A DNA stretch of 39,210 nucleotides, taken from contig JAHDDI010000001.1 in the NCBI GenBank assembly GCA_020629435.1, positions 1 to 39,210 on the forward strand. Reading direction: 5' to 3'. How positions within the stretch are numbered: position 1 is the first letter of the stretch; each line of letters opens with the position of its first letter. A program made the position numbers and the translations under genes. The notes under the pieces were generated by a model. The model saw nothing but the letters and a program-made list of their open reading frames with translations, searched no databases and was not told the origin of the DNA. Below, piece by piece: positions 1 to 9,303 of this stretch. The stretch comes from Minisyncoccota bacterium (GTDB lineage Bacteria; Patescibacteriota; Minisyncoccia; Phycocordibacterales; GCA-2747955).

Positions 1-3000
1 TGTCTCTGACGGTAGGTTGCACCCAACCAGATTATTCATAAATCTGTTTGTAGTTTTGTATTTGTAGCCTGTGCCTGCTGTCAGCCCCCATGGTTGCAGC
101 ATAGTTTGTCTAAAGGTTTCTTGGAAATTCTTTATCGCAGACCGAATGCCCGAATCGTATCGAGTATTAATCGAACCACTATAGAACCCAAGCTCTGTCA
201 TAAGTATTTTTGTAATACGTACCTCGGCCGAATCAGTGTTCTCTGTAGTACTGTTAAATTCTGTAAAGACAGGACAGGTCAGTTGTCTGTTACACATAAA
301 TGAATTTACCTTGAGTCGAGTTGTAAGAAACACATACCCTGTTGGTTGTTCTAGTCCCCATGGTTCTAGAACTGAGGCACGGTATTTTTCTTGGAATCGT
401 TTGACTGCTGCAAAGTCGTCTTGGTCATATGTGCCGTCTTCTGACAAATTTTCTCCTTGTTTGTCATTGAGAAACGCAATTAATTTATTAACCTCGACTG
501 GGTTGTTTGAACGACCTATAGCAATAGTTTCCTTCAAATATGGTGCGCAGACCGAATCAAGCGTATTGGTATTTGAACTACCACTAGTTTGATTTTCTAT
601 TTCTTTGAGTAGGTCTTTGATTAGGTCAGTTGTTTCTTCTGTTGCAGAGTCGTCGTATTTACACAGTCTATTATCTGTTTTTCCTTTTCTGTTAGAGTAA
701 TTAGTTGCAGAACTGTCGCGACAATAGTAACGGGTACCGCCACCACCTGATGTTGTAGGTGTACTGATTACTACTAGAGACTTGTTAGCCAGACCATTTA
801 TGGTTGTTTGATTCCCCACACTATCTGACTGTGTTACGGTCAATGAAATTACGTCATCTCCTTCGGGAATATCTGTTACATCAAACACCGCTGACCAACT
901 GCCACCAACACAAGTACTGGTTGCAACAGATGACGACGCACTAGGTAGACTAATCGAGACTACTCCGTCACCGTTTGTGCACAACCCAGAGACCGTGTAA
1001 TTTGTTTGATCTGAAGATACAGTAACGTCGTCTAAATTTGTAATGGTTAAATTGGGTGGAGTTATGTCAATGTTTAATGGGTTTGCACTCACTGCATACG
1101 CGTAATTCCCCGCCAAGTCGTGTGCACGATAACATACATAATCTCCGTTATTGTCTTCGTTATTAAATGTAATTACCTGGCCCATGGTAGAGGTAAAATC
1201 GTAGCTATCACTAGCATTACATACCCCGTCCGAACTAAACCCGTATTGTAATGGTGACGATGTTGCCAAATAGTCGTCTGTTGCCATAGCTGAAATAGTT
1301 TCGCTCAATGATGGGCCTGCTGAAATATCAGTCATTATTGTGATAACAGGAAGGGTTGTATCAACAATATACGATGACTGATTTTTACCAACTGCGGCAT
1401 TAGAACTATCAGTTGCATCGACCTGTAAAATTCCCGTATTACTGATACCTTGGACCGTACAGGTCACTATATCGTTATATGGGTCAGTGGTGTCACCTCC
1501 GGCTCCTATACAGTCCAGTGTTGTCCCTACTGACGCAGGTCCTGACAACACAATATTAGTCACTGGTTGATCTGTAGGAGTATCAACGGTAAAGACTACG
1601 TCATTGATAGTTGATGATGCAATAGTAGTTCCAGTGGTAAAGGTAATGATTGGGGGAAATGCTAACTCTATTTGCGAACTGTTTCCCGCCACGTCATACA
1701 CAACCACTGTTACATTATGGACCATCTCATCAGGATCAAGATCTAAAGTAATTATATTTGAAACCGATGTAGTCGAAGTGGTTGCTGTATTTACACCCCC
1801 TGCATTATTGTCTGCTATATATATAAATTCGTAATAACTAATCCCACTTTGTGTATCTGAGGCTGTCACGGTAATCTCTGGATCATCAACCCCACCGACT
1901 GTGTCAATTTGTGCGGAACTGATTGGATCTTGTGTATCAACAAAAACAGATAGCTGAGACGAGGTGGCAAATTGCATGCCTTCTAATACTAATTCTGTAC
2001 TGATCAATGTGGTGCCGCTCACTAGTGCAGTAGGTGGTGTAATGGAATACACTCCTCCCACACAAGTATCATTGTCAACTGAGACAACCCCATTGATAAT
2101 CAAATTAACTGTAGACCCGCTGACACATGTGCCCGTAAATGTTGGATTTGTGATGTTGGTTACATTATCAATATCTAATACTCCTGAATCAGATGTCGTT
2201 GCCAAATCAGGCACTGGAATTTGTTCGTTTGGGTCCCTGAACGAAACAACAGTATCTGCGTCTATATCTAATAGCTCTGTCTGAGGATTCACATATGCAT
2301 CATTTGCATCATACAGTCCCGCGGGAGATGTATCGACACCATCATAATCGTCTAATAGGCCGTCACCATCTGAGTCAGTTCCTGAAGCATCAGAAGTCCT
2401 GTATGTTTCGAATCTGTCTGAAAGACCATCTCCATCTGAATCGGTGGAAACATAATCAGGCAAGTATCCATTTGTAGTTATTGGGTCTGTGATTCCCAAA
2501 ACCCCATATGCACTATCAAGGCCACCATTAGTTGCAGCATCACCAAGTGGTGCAACATAACCACCTGTTGTTTGTGCCTCTATGTTGTCGGGGATACCAT
2601 CATTATCCGAATCAATGTCTTCGCTATCGATAACTCCGTCATTGTCAGTGTCTAGGGGCTCTACTATAACCTCTAGGTTGTCGATAAACGCAAAAGTACC
2701 GTGCGAAGATACTGCTGACCCTCCTATGAATACAATAATTGAAGAGCTACTAGTTATACCATGATCACTTGGCAAAAATTGAAAATATCTTTTCCCCCAT
2801 GTCCCTGCAGTCTCTCCAGAGGTATTAAAGTTTTCCATGGTATCCAATAGTATCCCTGATACTGATGTTGTGGCATTAAGACGGACCTCTACAAATACGT
2901 CTTCCAATATTTGGCCATCATCCATATCGTATTCAGTATAATCCATACGTACCGTAACAGGTTCATTTGCATCTACGACAAACAAAGAATTATAGAATCC

Positions 3001-3459
3001 TTCACTTCTTCGAATAGACATGAATGAACCCCCTGTTGGCGAGGAATCAAAACCAACCAAAGATGTTCTGGTCTGAGCGTCACTATGAAACTGAACAGTG
3101 CTGTCAGTACTTAGGTCTGGGGAATTATATTTTACCCACGGCGCTGGAACCTTGTTTGCATTTTTTTTAGGATTGGCTGTTGGCTCAAAAGGGGTCCCGT
3201 CTGGTTGGTTAAAATCGCCATTGTCTAAAATAGCGTTTGCTTGTGCATACTGATTTTCAATCTCGTCAAGAATTCCATCATTGTCATCATCCGGATCCAC
3301 CGCATCAAGAATTCCATCGTTATCGACGTCTCCCACTACCGCATGTGCGTAATTAACTACAAACCATGCATTATGTGTAGCAACTAAAGACAAAACAACT
3401 GCAAATACAGTATAAGTTAGCAATGAACTACTTTTTTTAAATGTTTGGTAAATATACAT
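1..3459 (-). CDS. Giant secreted/surface protein, C-terminus cut by the window edge (>=1153 aa). It has an N-terminal signal/anchor, thrombospondin-type-3-like Asp-rich Ca-binding repeats, a beta-sandwich-like region, Ig-like repeats and two peptidoglycan-binding-like C-terminal repeats.
   Basis: ATG at 3459..3457. I checked every + strand triplet in frame 1 from 1 to 3471 and found no TTA/CTA/TCA, so there is no minus-strand stop. The upstream in-frame stop is at 3472..3474. N-terminus MYIYQTFKKSSSLLTYTVFAVVLSLVATHNAW. Repeats: GDVDNDGILDAVDPDDDNDGILDE, DTDNDGVIDSEDIDSDNDGIPDN, STDSDGDGLSD, GTDSDGDGLLDD. PG-binding-like segments: NPVEVNKLIAFLNDKQGENLSEDGTYDQDDFAAVKRFQEKY and YDSGIRSAIKNFQETFRQTMLQPWG. 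It is absent from the ORF track because it has no stop inside the window. Confidence 0.8.
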   Translation of the reverse strand, partial: MYIYQTFKKSSSLLTYTVFAVVLSLVATHNAWFVVNYAHAVVGDVDNDGILDAVDPDDDNDGILDEIENQYAQANAILDNGDFNQPDGTPFEPTANPKKNANKVPAPWVKYNSPDLSTDSTVQFHSDAQTRTSLVGFDSSPTGGSFMSIRRSEGFYNSLFVVDANEPVTVRMDYTEYDMDDGQILEDVFVEVRLNATTSVSGILLDTMENFNTSGETAGTWGKRYFQFLPSDHGITSSSSIIVFIGGSAVSSHGTFAFIDNLEVIVEPLDTDNDGVIDSEDIDSDNDGIPDNIEAQTTGGYVAPLGDAATNGGLDSAYGVLGITDPITTNGYLPDYVSTDSDGDGLSDRFETYRTSDASGTDSDGDGLLDDYDGVDTSPAGLYDANDAYVNPQTELLDIDADTVVSFRDPNEQIPVPDLATTSDSGVLDIDNVTNITNPTFTGTCVSGSTVNLIINGVVSVDNDTCVGGVYSITPPTALVSGTTLISTELVLEGMQFATSSQLSVFVDTQDPISSAQIDTVGGVDDPEITVTASDTQSGISYYEFIYIADNNAGGVNTATTSTTSVSNIITLDLDPDEMVHNVTVVVYDVAGNSSQIELAFPPIITFTTGTTIASSTINDVVFTVDTPTDQPVTNIVLSGPASVGTTLDCIGAGGDTTDPYNDIVTCTVQGISNTGILQVDATDSSNAAVGKNQSSYIVDTTLPVITIMTDISAGPSLSETISAMATDDYLATSSPLQYGFSSDGVCNASDSYDFTSTMGQVITFNNEDNNGDYVCYRAHDLAGNYAYAVSANPLNIDITPPNLTITNLDDVTVSSDQTNYTVSGLCTNGDGVVSISLPSASSSVATSTCVGGSWSAVFDVTDIPEGDDVISLTVTQSDSVGNQTTINGLANKSLVVISTPTTSGGGGTRYYCRDSSATNYSNRKGKTDNRLCKYDDSATEETTDLIKDLLKEIENQTSGSSNTNTLDSVCAPYLKETIAIGRSNNPVEVNKLIAFLNDKQGENLSEDGTYDQDDFAAVKRFQEKYRASVLEPWGLEQPTGYVFLTTRLKVNSFMCNRQLTCPVFTEFNSTTENTDSAEVRITKILMTELGFYSGSINTRYDSGIRSAIKNFQETFRQTMLQPWGLTAGTGYKYKTTNRFMNNLVGCNLPSET

Positions 3460-3538
3460 AAAATTTATAATTTACTACTGATGGTTACTATACTCTCTAT
3501 TATTACATGCCACCATATTTTTTTGTACTAGATACACA

Positions 3539-3569
3539 ACACAAAAACCACCAAATAGGTGGTTTTTGT
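3539..3569 (-). terminator. Intrinsic terminator hairpin downstream of the 246-aa secreted protein gene
   Basis: ACACAAAAACCACC-AAATA-GGTGGTTTTTGT. On the minus strand the stem is followed by a TTTTTGTGTTG run. Confidence 0.7.
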
Positions 3570-3623
3570 AAATAGTTTGTGTTTTGTGATTGGTTTATGT
3601 ATTGTCTAAAGACCATCTACAAT

Positions 3624-3653
3624 CCAAGACGAATCAACGACTGTAATCTTACA
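3624..3653 (-). promoter_or_regulatory. ECF-type promoter-like motif C (TGTAAGAT-N14-CGTC) facing the giant surface protein gene
   Basis: Minus-strand read: TGTAAGATTACAGTCGTTGATTCGTCTTGG. The TAA inside the -35-like box is the stop codon of the upstream 246-aa gene. Box spacing matches motifs A, B and D. Confidence 0.55.
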
Positions 3654-4389
3654 GATTTGCGTTTGCTTGAATTTGAGCACTAGCACGTAACTCTGCTGAT
3701 GCCTGAGTCACTGCTTGAACAAATGCGTCTACTCGATTTGAACTAGTAATATTTGATTTGATATTAGATTCTATTTCAGTGTCAGTTTGTGCAGATACCT
3801 CTGAAGATACCACAAATGACCACCATGGTCGCTGCATCATAACTGTTACACTTGATGATTCATCAATAGTTATAACTGCTTTTTTATTCATCTTTGCAGA
3901 AAACAGCCCCATAATTTTTACTGGTGTTTTGTAAGAAACCACAACAGAATTATTAGATGTTTTTACAGATACATTAGCGTCAGATGACTGTTCCACTGCC
4001 GCGGCTGATTGTATTTGTGCGTTTTCTTGAGATCCAAGCCCCATTATTGAAAATGTTGTTTTCGCTGATCCTTGAGATTGTGACGTGGTATTGGTTTGTG
4101 TGTTCTCTACTCGAACACCAGATTGTGCTTCAACTCCAACCTCTGTGTTACTGTTTGTAATTAATTCTACTGGCACTTCAGGGTCCATATCAATTGTTGT
4201 GTTGGTATCTAACGTTGTATCACCTTCTACTTCAGCAGATAGATTTGTAATCTGCATTGTTTTCGTGTTGTTGCCTGTATCGACATTTGTCATTGCATTA
4301 CCTTCTGCGTCTAATTCAATCATTCCGTATGCGGGGACTGCAATGAGTGCTGATGTTGTGAGTAATCCCAGTGTGTGTGTTATTTTCAT
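3649..4389 (-). CDS. Secreted hypothetical protein (246 aa from the ATG; the track's TTG start at 4410 is the alternative)
   Basis: ORF track 3649..4410. The internal ATG gives MKITHTLGLLTTSALIAVPAYG, a signal peptide. The protein is Thr/Ser/Asn-rich with no recognisable domain. Confidence 0.7.
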   Translation of the reverse strand: MKITHTLGLLTTSALIAVPAYGMIELDAEGNAMTNVDTGNNTKTMQITNLSAEVEGDTTLDTNTTIDMDPEVPVELITNSNTEVGVEAQSGVRVENTQTNTTSQSQGSAKTTFSIMGLGSQENAQIQSAAAVEQSSDANVSVKTSNNSVVVSYKTPVKIMGLFSAKMNKKAVITIDESSSVTVMMQRPWWSFVVSSEVSAQTDTEIESNIKSNITSSNRVDAFVQAVTQASAELRASAQIQANANL

Positions 4390-4440
4390 AATATTTTTAT
4401 TTATTAACAATGTAAACCATGTAATTGTGGTACGTATTAT

Positions 4441-4465
4441 TCAAGACGAATCAGTGCGGCCTATC

Positions 4466-4470
<5 letters not shown>
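4441..4470 (-). promoter_or_regulatory. ECF-type promoter-like motif B facing the 246-aa secreted protein gene
   Basis: Minus-strand read: TGTAAGATAGGCCGCACTGATTCGTCTTGA. The TAA inside the box is the stop of the anti-sigma candidate. Confidence 0.6.
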
Positions 4471-5383
<913 letters not shown>

Positions 5384-5388
5384 AGTAA

Positions 5389-5889
5389 TTAATCAAGCAT
5401 TTTTTGTAACTGTTCCCGACCACGAGAAATACGTACCGACGTGTTGGATTCGCTAATGCCCAACATCAGCGCAATATCTTTTACTGACATATCTTCGACC
5501 AAGCGCAGATATATTGCTTCGCGGTATTTTTCATCTAATTGTTTCATGCAATTGATAACCATACCGTACTGCGAATTATTGATACTTGCGTCATAACCAT
5601 AAGTCGATTCTTCAAAATCAAATCCTTCTTCAAGGATTGCATCCAGTGATTGTGTACTGTGTTTACGGTAATGATCGATAATGGTATTTCTGGCGATTTG
5701 ATATAGAAATGATTTTGGATTTTCAGGAAGACCATTGTTTTGTATGTGTGAAAATAATTTAACAAATGTGTCTTGAGTTAAATCCAGTGCGGTATCTCTG
5801 TTGCTAGTTTTGTATAAACACAGCCGAAGAATGGTGTTTGAATATTCGTCATACAGGTCATTAAATTGTTGTGTTATGTGTTCGCTCAT
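5389..5889 (-). CDS. ECF-family RNA polymerase sigma-70 factor (166 aa)
   Basis: Region 2-like DLTQDTFVKLF...YQIARNTIIDHYRK. Region 4 HTH: MSVKDIALMLGISESNTSVRISRGREQLQKML. The size is typical of group IV sigma factors. Confidence 0.9.
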   Translation of the reverse strand: MSEHITQQFNDLYDEYSNTILRLCLYKTSNRDTALDLTQDTFVKLFSHIQNNGLPENPKSFLYQIARNTIIDHYRKHSTQSLDAILEEGFDFEESTYGYDASINNSQYGMVINCMKQLDEKYREAIYLRLVEDMSVKDIALMLGISESNTSVRISRGREQLQKMLD

Positions 5890-5892
5890 ATT

Positions 5893-5922
5893 CCATGACG
5901 TATAAAACGCCTTTATCTTACA
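5893..5922 (-). promoter_or_regulatory. ECF-type promoter-like motif A directly upstream of the sigma gene (autoregulation candidate)
   Basis: Minus-strand read: TGTAAGATAAAGGCGTTTTATACGTCATGG. CGTC ends 7 nt before the sigma ATG (5889), so the transcript would be leaderless or nearly so. Confidence 0.65.
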
Positions 5923-5948
5923 ATAATATCATAGGCAGTTAAACATTT

Positions 5949-5978
5949 TGTAAGAAATTGTTTATTGGCACGTCATGA
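5949..5978 (+). promoter_or_regulatory. ECF-type promoter-like motif D facing the 158-aa secreted protein gene
   Basis: Plus-strand read: TGTAAGAAATTGTTTATTGGCACGTCATGA. It has the same 14-nt spacer and lies back to back with motif A in the divergent intergenic region. Confidence 0.55.
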
Positions 5979-6070
5979 ATTGTAGGAACGAAACGTACAC
6001 ACAGAAACACAATTCCTGGCTCTGAATATCATAACCGATATTGCATCTAATTATTATGGTTCGGAAATTA

Positions 6071-6076
6071 TATATT
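6071..6076 (+). promoter_or_regulatory. -10 hexamer TATATT 6 nt upstream of ATG 6083
   Basis: TATATT-cacaac-ATG, with no SD. Confidence 0.45.
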
Positions 6077-6082
6077 CACAAC

Positions 6083-6559
6083 ATGAAAAAAATTACATCA
6101 TTATTAATTCTTAGTTTATTTTCTGCATCGTTTGCCTTTGCAGCAGAATCAAATCCTCTTAAATCTGTCTCTGTTTCATATAATAAGAATAATGTGCCCA
6201 CTGTATTAGTGCAATCAAATCGTGCTTCGATGACTCCATTTAAAACTGACGGTGTTCAAGAGTCGGCAATTCTTGCCGAACTTGCACTACAGCATGATAT
6301 GTCTATCCGATCGGTAACTAAAATCACTAAATTTTCTTACAGTAAATTAGATCGCAAAGACAGCGCAATTAATGTAAAAGCTGCAAAAATTACAACTACT
6401 GTAAAAAACGGCAAGACCATTATTACAGTTACATACAAAGGTAAAACCGATGACTATTGGTTTAACACTGGTAATTCTTACAAAGCAGCAAAAGAATTCT
6501 CAAAAATATACAGTCTACCTACCGCACAAGTCTGGAAAAATATTAAAATAAATAGATAG
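6083..6559 (+). CDS. Secreted hypothetical protein (158 aa)
   Basis: The ORF track starts at TTG 6041. The in-frame ATG at 6083 gives MKKITSLLILSLFSASFAFA, a signal peptide, and has a -10 box 6 nt upstream. Confidence 0.75.
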   Translation: MKKITSLLILSLFSASFAFAAESNPLKSVSVSYNKNNVPTVLVQSNRASMTPFKTDGVQESAILAELALQHDMSIRSVTKITKFSYSKLDRKDSAINVKAAKITTTVKNGKTIITVTYKGKTDDYWFNTGNSYKAAKEFSKIYSLPTAQVWKNIKINR

Positions 6560-6567
6560 ATAGCGAT

Positions 6568-6599
6568 ACACAAAAACCACCCAAATGGGTGGTTTTTGT
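6568..6599. terminator. Bidirectional intrinsic terminator between convergent genes
   Basis: ACACAAAAACCACC-CAAATG-GGTGGTTTTTGT, with A-run and T-run flanks. Confidence 0.75.
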
Positions 6600-6614
6600 G
6601 TATATAGATTATGC

Positions 6615-7823
6615 TTAGCAAGTATTATCGTCTTGAACATGATAATGTGACCGAAACGCAGCCCATGCCTTGCCAAAAGGCAAAAAGTTAATAAACACAA
6701 CCCAATCTACCAGTCGTCGAAGCATCCAACCAGTACGACCAAAAAAGTTTAATTTTCCGAACTGAGTTCCACTCCAGGCCGGACCCGCTGGGATAGCATA
6801 AATTGGTTCTTTTTGAGAATAAATACGTGCAACAGAATCTGGATTAGTTATTTTTCTTCGTATTGCATTGGCCACAAAAACACCATCATTAATAGCAGTC
6901 TGTGCCATGCCCGACCATTGAGTCGACGCGATGTCTCCCCCGACATATACGTTTTCTAAACCCGGGGCATTCATATACTGGTTTACTTTGATACGACCCA
7001 TTCTGTCCTGTTCTGCACCCAATTGGTCTACAAGTGCGTTTGCTTTGACCCCTGCGGTCCACACGACTGTTGAAGATGATAATGGTTCTCCAGACAAGGT
7101 CACAACGTCATTCTCTAGTGATTCAACGATGCAGCTTGTTCGTACATCGACACCTAATTTTTGTAACCTTTTGGTTATCTTTTTAGAAAGTTTTTGGTGT
7201 AATTTTGGTAAAATTCTGTCCGATCTCTCGACTAGAACAATATTGACAAGATTTGGATCAAGATTTGCATTCGCAATCAGTTGTTTGGCATACCCACCCA
7301 ATTCACCTGCAAGCTCAACACCTGTTGGACCCGCACCGATAATTACAAAGTTCAGCGCCTTGGTTCGTTCTGCATGGTCCTGTGCAGGACACATCTGTAG
7401 TGTTTGAATTACATGCTTTTTTAATTGCAATGCGTCATCAATGGTTTTCATTCCCCATGAATTTTCTTGTAAGCCTGGAATACCAAAATAGTTGGTCTCT
7501 GCCCCTAGGCCTAGTACTAAATCGTCGTAATTATATGTGCTGCCGCTTTCTCCTGTTACATATTGATCTTTGGTATCGATCGCAATCGCCTTGTCTATTA
7601 TTATTTCAACTCGAGATTCATCTAGGATATCTCTCAACGGTAAACATACTTCCATAGGAGATTTCCCGGCAACCAATCGATATAGTGCACCGTGGTATTC
7701 AAAGTTACTTTTATCTGTAATTAGTCGGATTTTGGTGTTATCTAGATTTGCACGAGACAACTCCAGAGCACACTTTACTCCCATAAAACCGCCACCAATA
7801 ATTACAATTCTTCTTTTTTGCAT
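6615..7823 (-). CDS. ndh: Type II NADH dehydrogenase / FAD-dependent pyridine nucleotide-disulfide oxidoreductase (402 aa)
   Basis: Two dinucleotide-binding motifs: IVIIGGGFMGVKCA and FVIIGAGPTGVELAGEL. Length and C-terminal amphipathic tail are typical of NDH-2. Confidence 0.85.
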   Translation of the reverse strand: MQKRRIVIIGGGFMGVKCALELSRANLDNTKIRLITDKSNFEYHGALYRLVAGKSPMEVCLPLRDILDESRVEIIIDKAIAIDTKDQYVTGESGSTYNYDDLVLGLGAETNYFGIPGLQENSWGMKTIDDALQLKKHVIQTLQMCPAQDHAERTKALNFVIIGAGPTGVELAGELGGYAKQLIANANLDPNLVNIVLVERSDRILPKLHQKLSKKITKRLQKLGVDVRTSCIVESLENDVVTLSGEPLSSSTVVWTAGVKANALVDQLGAEQDRMGRIKVNQYMNAPGLENVYVGGDIASTQWSGMAQTAINDGVFVANAIRRKITNPDSVARIYSQKEPIYAIPAGPAWSGTQFGKLNFFGRTGWMLRRLVDWVVFINFLPFGKAWAAFRSHYHVQDDNTC

Positions 7824-7830
7824 ATAATAT

Positions 7831-7836
7831 ATTGTA
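7831..7836 (-). promoter_or_regulatory. -10 hexamer TACAAT 7 nt upstream of the ndh ATG
   Basis: Minus-strand read: TACAAT-atattat-ATG. Confidence 0.4.
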
Positions 7837-7857
7837 TCACGTTTGATTACCTAAGAT

Positions 7858-7884
7858 AAAACACCCGAACAAATCGGGTGTTTT
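7858..7884 (-). terminator. Intrinsic terminator downstream of the 404-aa membrane protein gene
   Basis: AAAACACCCGA-ACAAA-TCGGGTGTTTT hairpin. Confidence 0.7.
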
Positions 7885-7891
7885 ATTTTAT

Positions 7892-9106
7892 CTATATTGT
7901 ATGAGCGTCCTCAGAGTATAGCCAATGCAACAGTATTGCTAGCGCTATAAATGTTGCTGGTAACCAAGGGTGCGTAAAGCATGGATTAGTCACGTACCAA
8001 AGTAATAGTCCGCCTACTGCTGATGCTATTGCAATAATAGTCAGTCTTTGTGCATACTGTGCTGTACCGAATGCTGGTTCTGCATAATATGAAATGGCAA
8101 CCCACACTGCAACCAACCACAACCATATTATCGCTAAGTATACATACCATGACCAGTTGGCTCCAACAGTTGAGCAATTTTTTGTTGCCTCAAGTGCTGA
8201 CCCAATATTTGCTTTCTGTAGAGCAACGGCACCAGCAGCTGCAACACCTGATGTAATCAAAGCTGTGTTATCCTCGCTTGTTGTTGATGACGTAGCATTC
8301 ACCAATATTTCACTTTCCGCAACAAGGTCTGTCTTGTTCTCAATTTTCGCTTTTTCGTTATTTGTAAATAAACCAGACACCCAAGCAAAGAATCCTTTTG
8401 TGTTGTTTTCCTCCCCACCATCTACATTGGTAGTTGTCGTTGTTGCTACATTAACGATTATTTGTGTGTTGTTTTCGTTTTGTGATGTAGTTGTATCACC
8501 AACTGCGACTATGGTTTTTGTCTCAGCAGTAGTGTCGCTGTTATTTGCCGCAGTATTTCCAGAAATAGAAGATGTATTGTTTTGATTTACAGTACTTATT
8601 GTCTGTTTCTCTTGCACTGTGAAAGATGTATATAACAATGAATTACAAGCCCCAACAGTCTGTGACTGTGCCCCCATGGCAACATACACGTTGCCTGTGA
8701 TCGAGTCAGTGTTGACTGCACGTACCTTGAATGAACCGTCAGGCATTTCTGTATATTGAACTGGGTATGATTTTTCATTAATAGTTAACTCCAGACTTGG
8801 AATATATATGTCTGAGTTTGTATAAAACACAAACTCTGGCAACTGAGACTCGTGTGAATTATGAAGTGGAGAATACGACATAATTTGACTGTTGCGGCAC
8901 TCACGCGAACTATCAGTCGCAGACTGGTTGGCCGCATCAATATTATCTAATTCTGTTAGTAATAGCTGTGCTAATAATTCTTGTGCTAATGCATCAGTAA
9001 TATTTTTCTCTTGCCCATGAGCGACCACATTGGTACTCATTATGCTGATGAAAAACATACATAGCGCAAAAGATAATTTAAATGTTTTTGTTATTGTTAT
9101 TGTCAT
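7892..9106 (-). CDS. Hypothetical membrane protein (404 aa): signal peptide, Thr/Asn-rich middle, C-terminal multi-TM region
   Basis: ORF track. N-terminus FKLSFALCMFFISIMSTNVVAHG. The C-terminus is Trp-rich and hydrophobic (WSWYVYLAIIWLWLVAVWVAI...). Confidence 0.7.
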   Translation of the reverse strand: MTITITKTFKLSFALCMFFISIMSTNVVAHGQEKNITDALAQELLAQLLLTELDNIDAANQSATDSSRECRNSQIMSYSPLHNSHESQLPEFVFYTNSDIYIPSLELTINEKSYPVQYTEMPDGSFKVRAVNTDSITGNVYVAMGAQSQTVGACNSLLYTSFTVQEKQTISTVNQNNTSSISGNTAANNSDTTAETKTIVAVGDTTTSQNENNTQIIVNVATTTTTNVDGGEENNTKGFFAWVSGLFTNNEKAKIENKTDLVAESEILVNATSSTTSEDNTALITSGVAAAGAVALQKANIGSALEATKNCSTVGANWSWYVYLAIIWLWLVAVWVAISYYAEPAFGTAQYAQRLTIIAIASAVGGLLLWYVTNPCFTHPWLPATFIALAILLHWLYSEDAHTI

Positions 9107-9231
9107 ATAGTTTATGTATAGTTGAGAAATTATACAGATTTATGTACATAATGGCAAAAGTGTGTTTTTAAACGAAAATGTCCCTTATACGGGATATATA
9201 TCCGTTATTATGCTATTTTTTTGACATAAAA

Positions 9232-9261
9232 ACAAAAACCGGATATAAATCCGGTTTTTGT
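9232..9261 (-). terminator. Intrinsic terminator downstream of tig
   Basis: ACAAAAACCGGA-TATAAA-TCCGGTTTTTGT. Confidence 0.7.
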
Positions 9262-9303
9262 TACTTATCCTTATATTGTCCACAGAAATTGTGTTCTTTG
9301 TGT

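Noticed and set aside
94-2764. Six short + strand ORFs (69-118 aa) listed in the track
   Set aside because: All lie antisense to the verified stop-free minus-strand frame 3459..1. They have no recognisable motifs and are shadow ORFs of the giant surface protein gene.
5975-6025. 16-codon ORF (MNCRNETYTQKHNSWL) beginning right after the CGTC of motif D
   Set aside because: Its ATG would lie upstream of or at the predicted transcription start. There is no conservation evidence, and it is too short to support.
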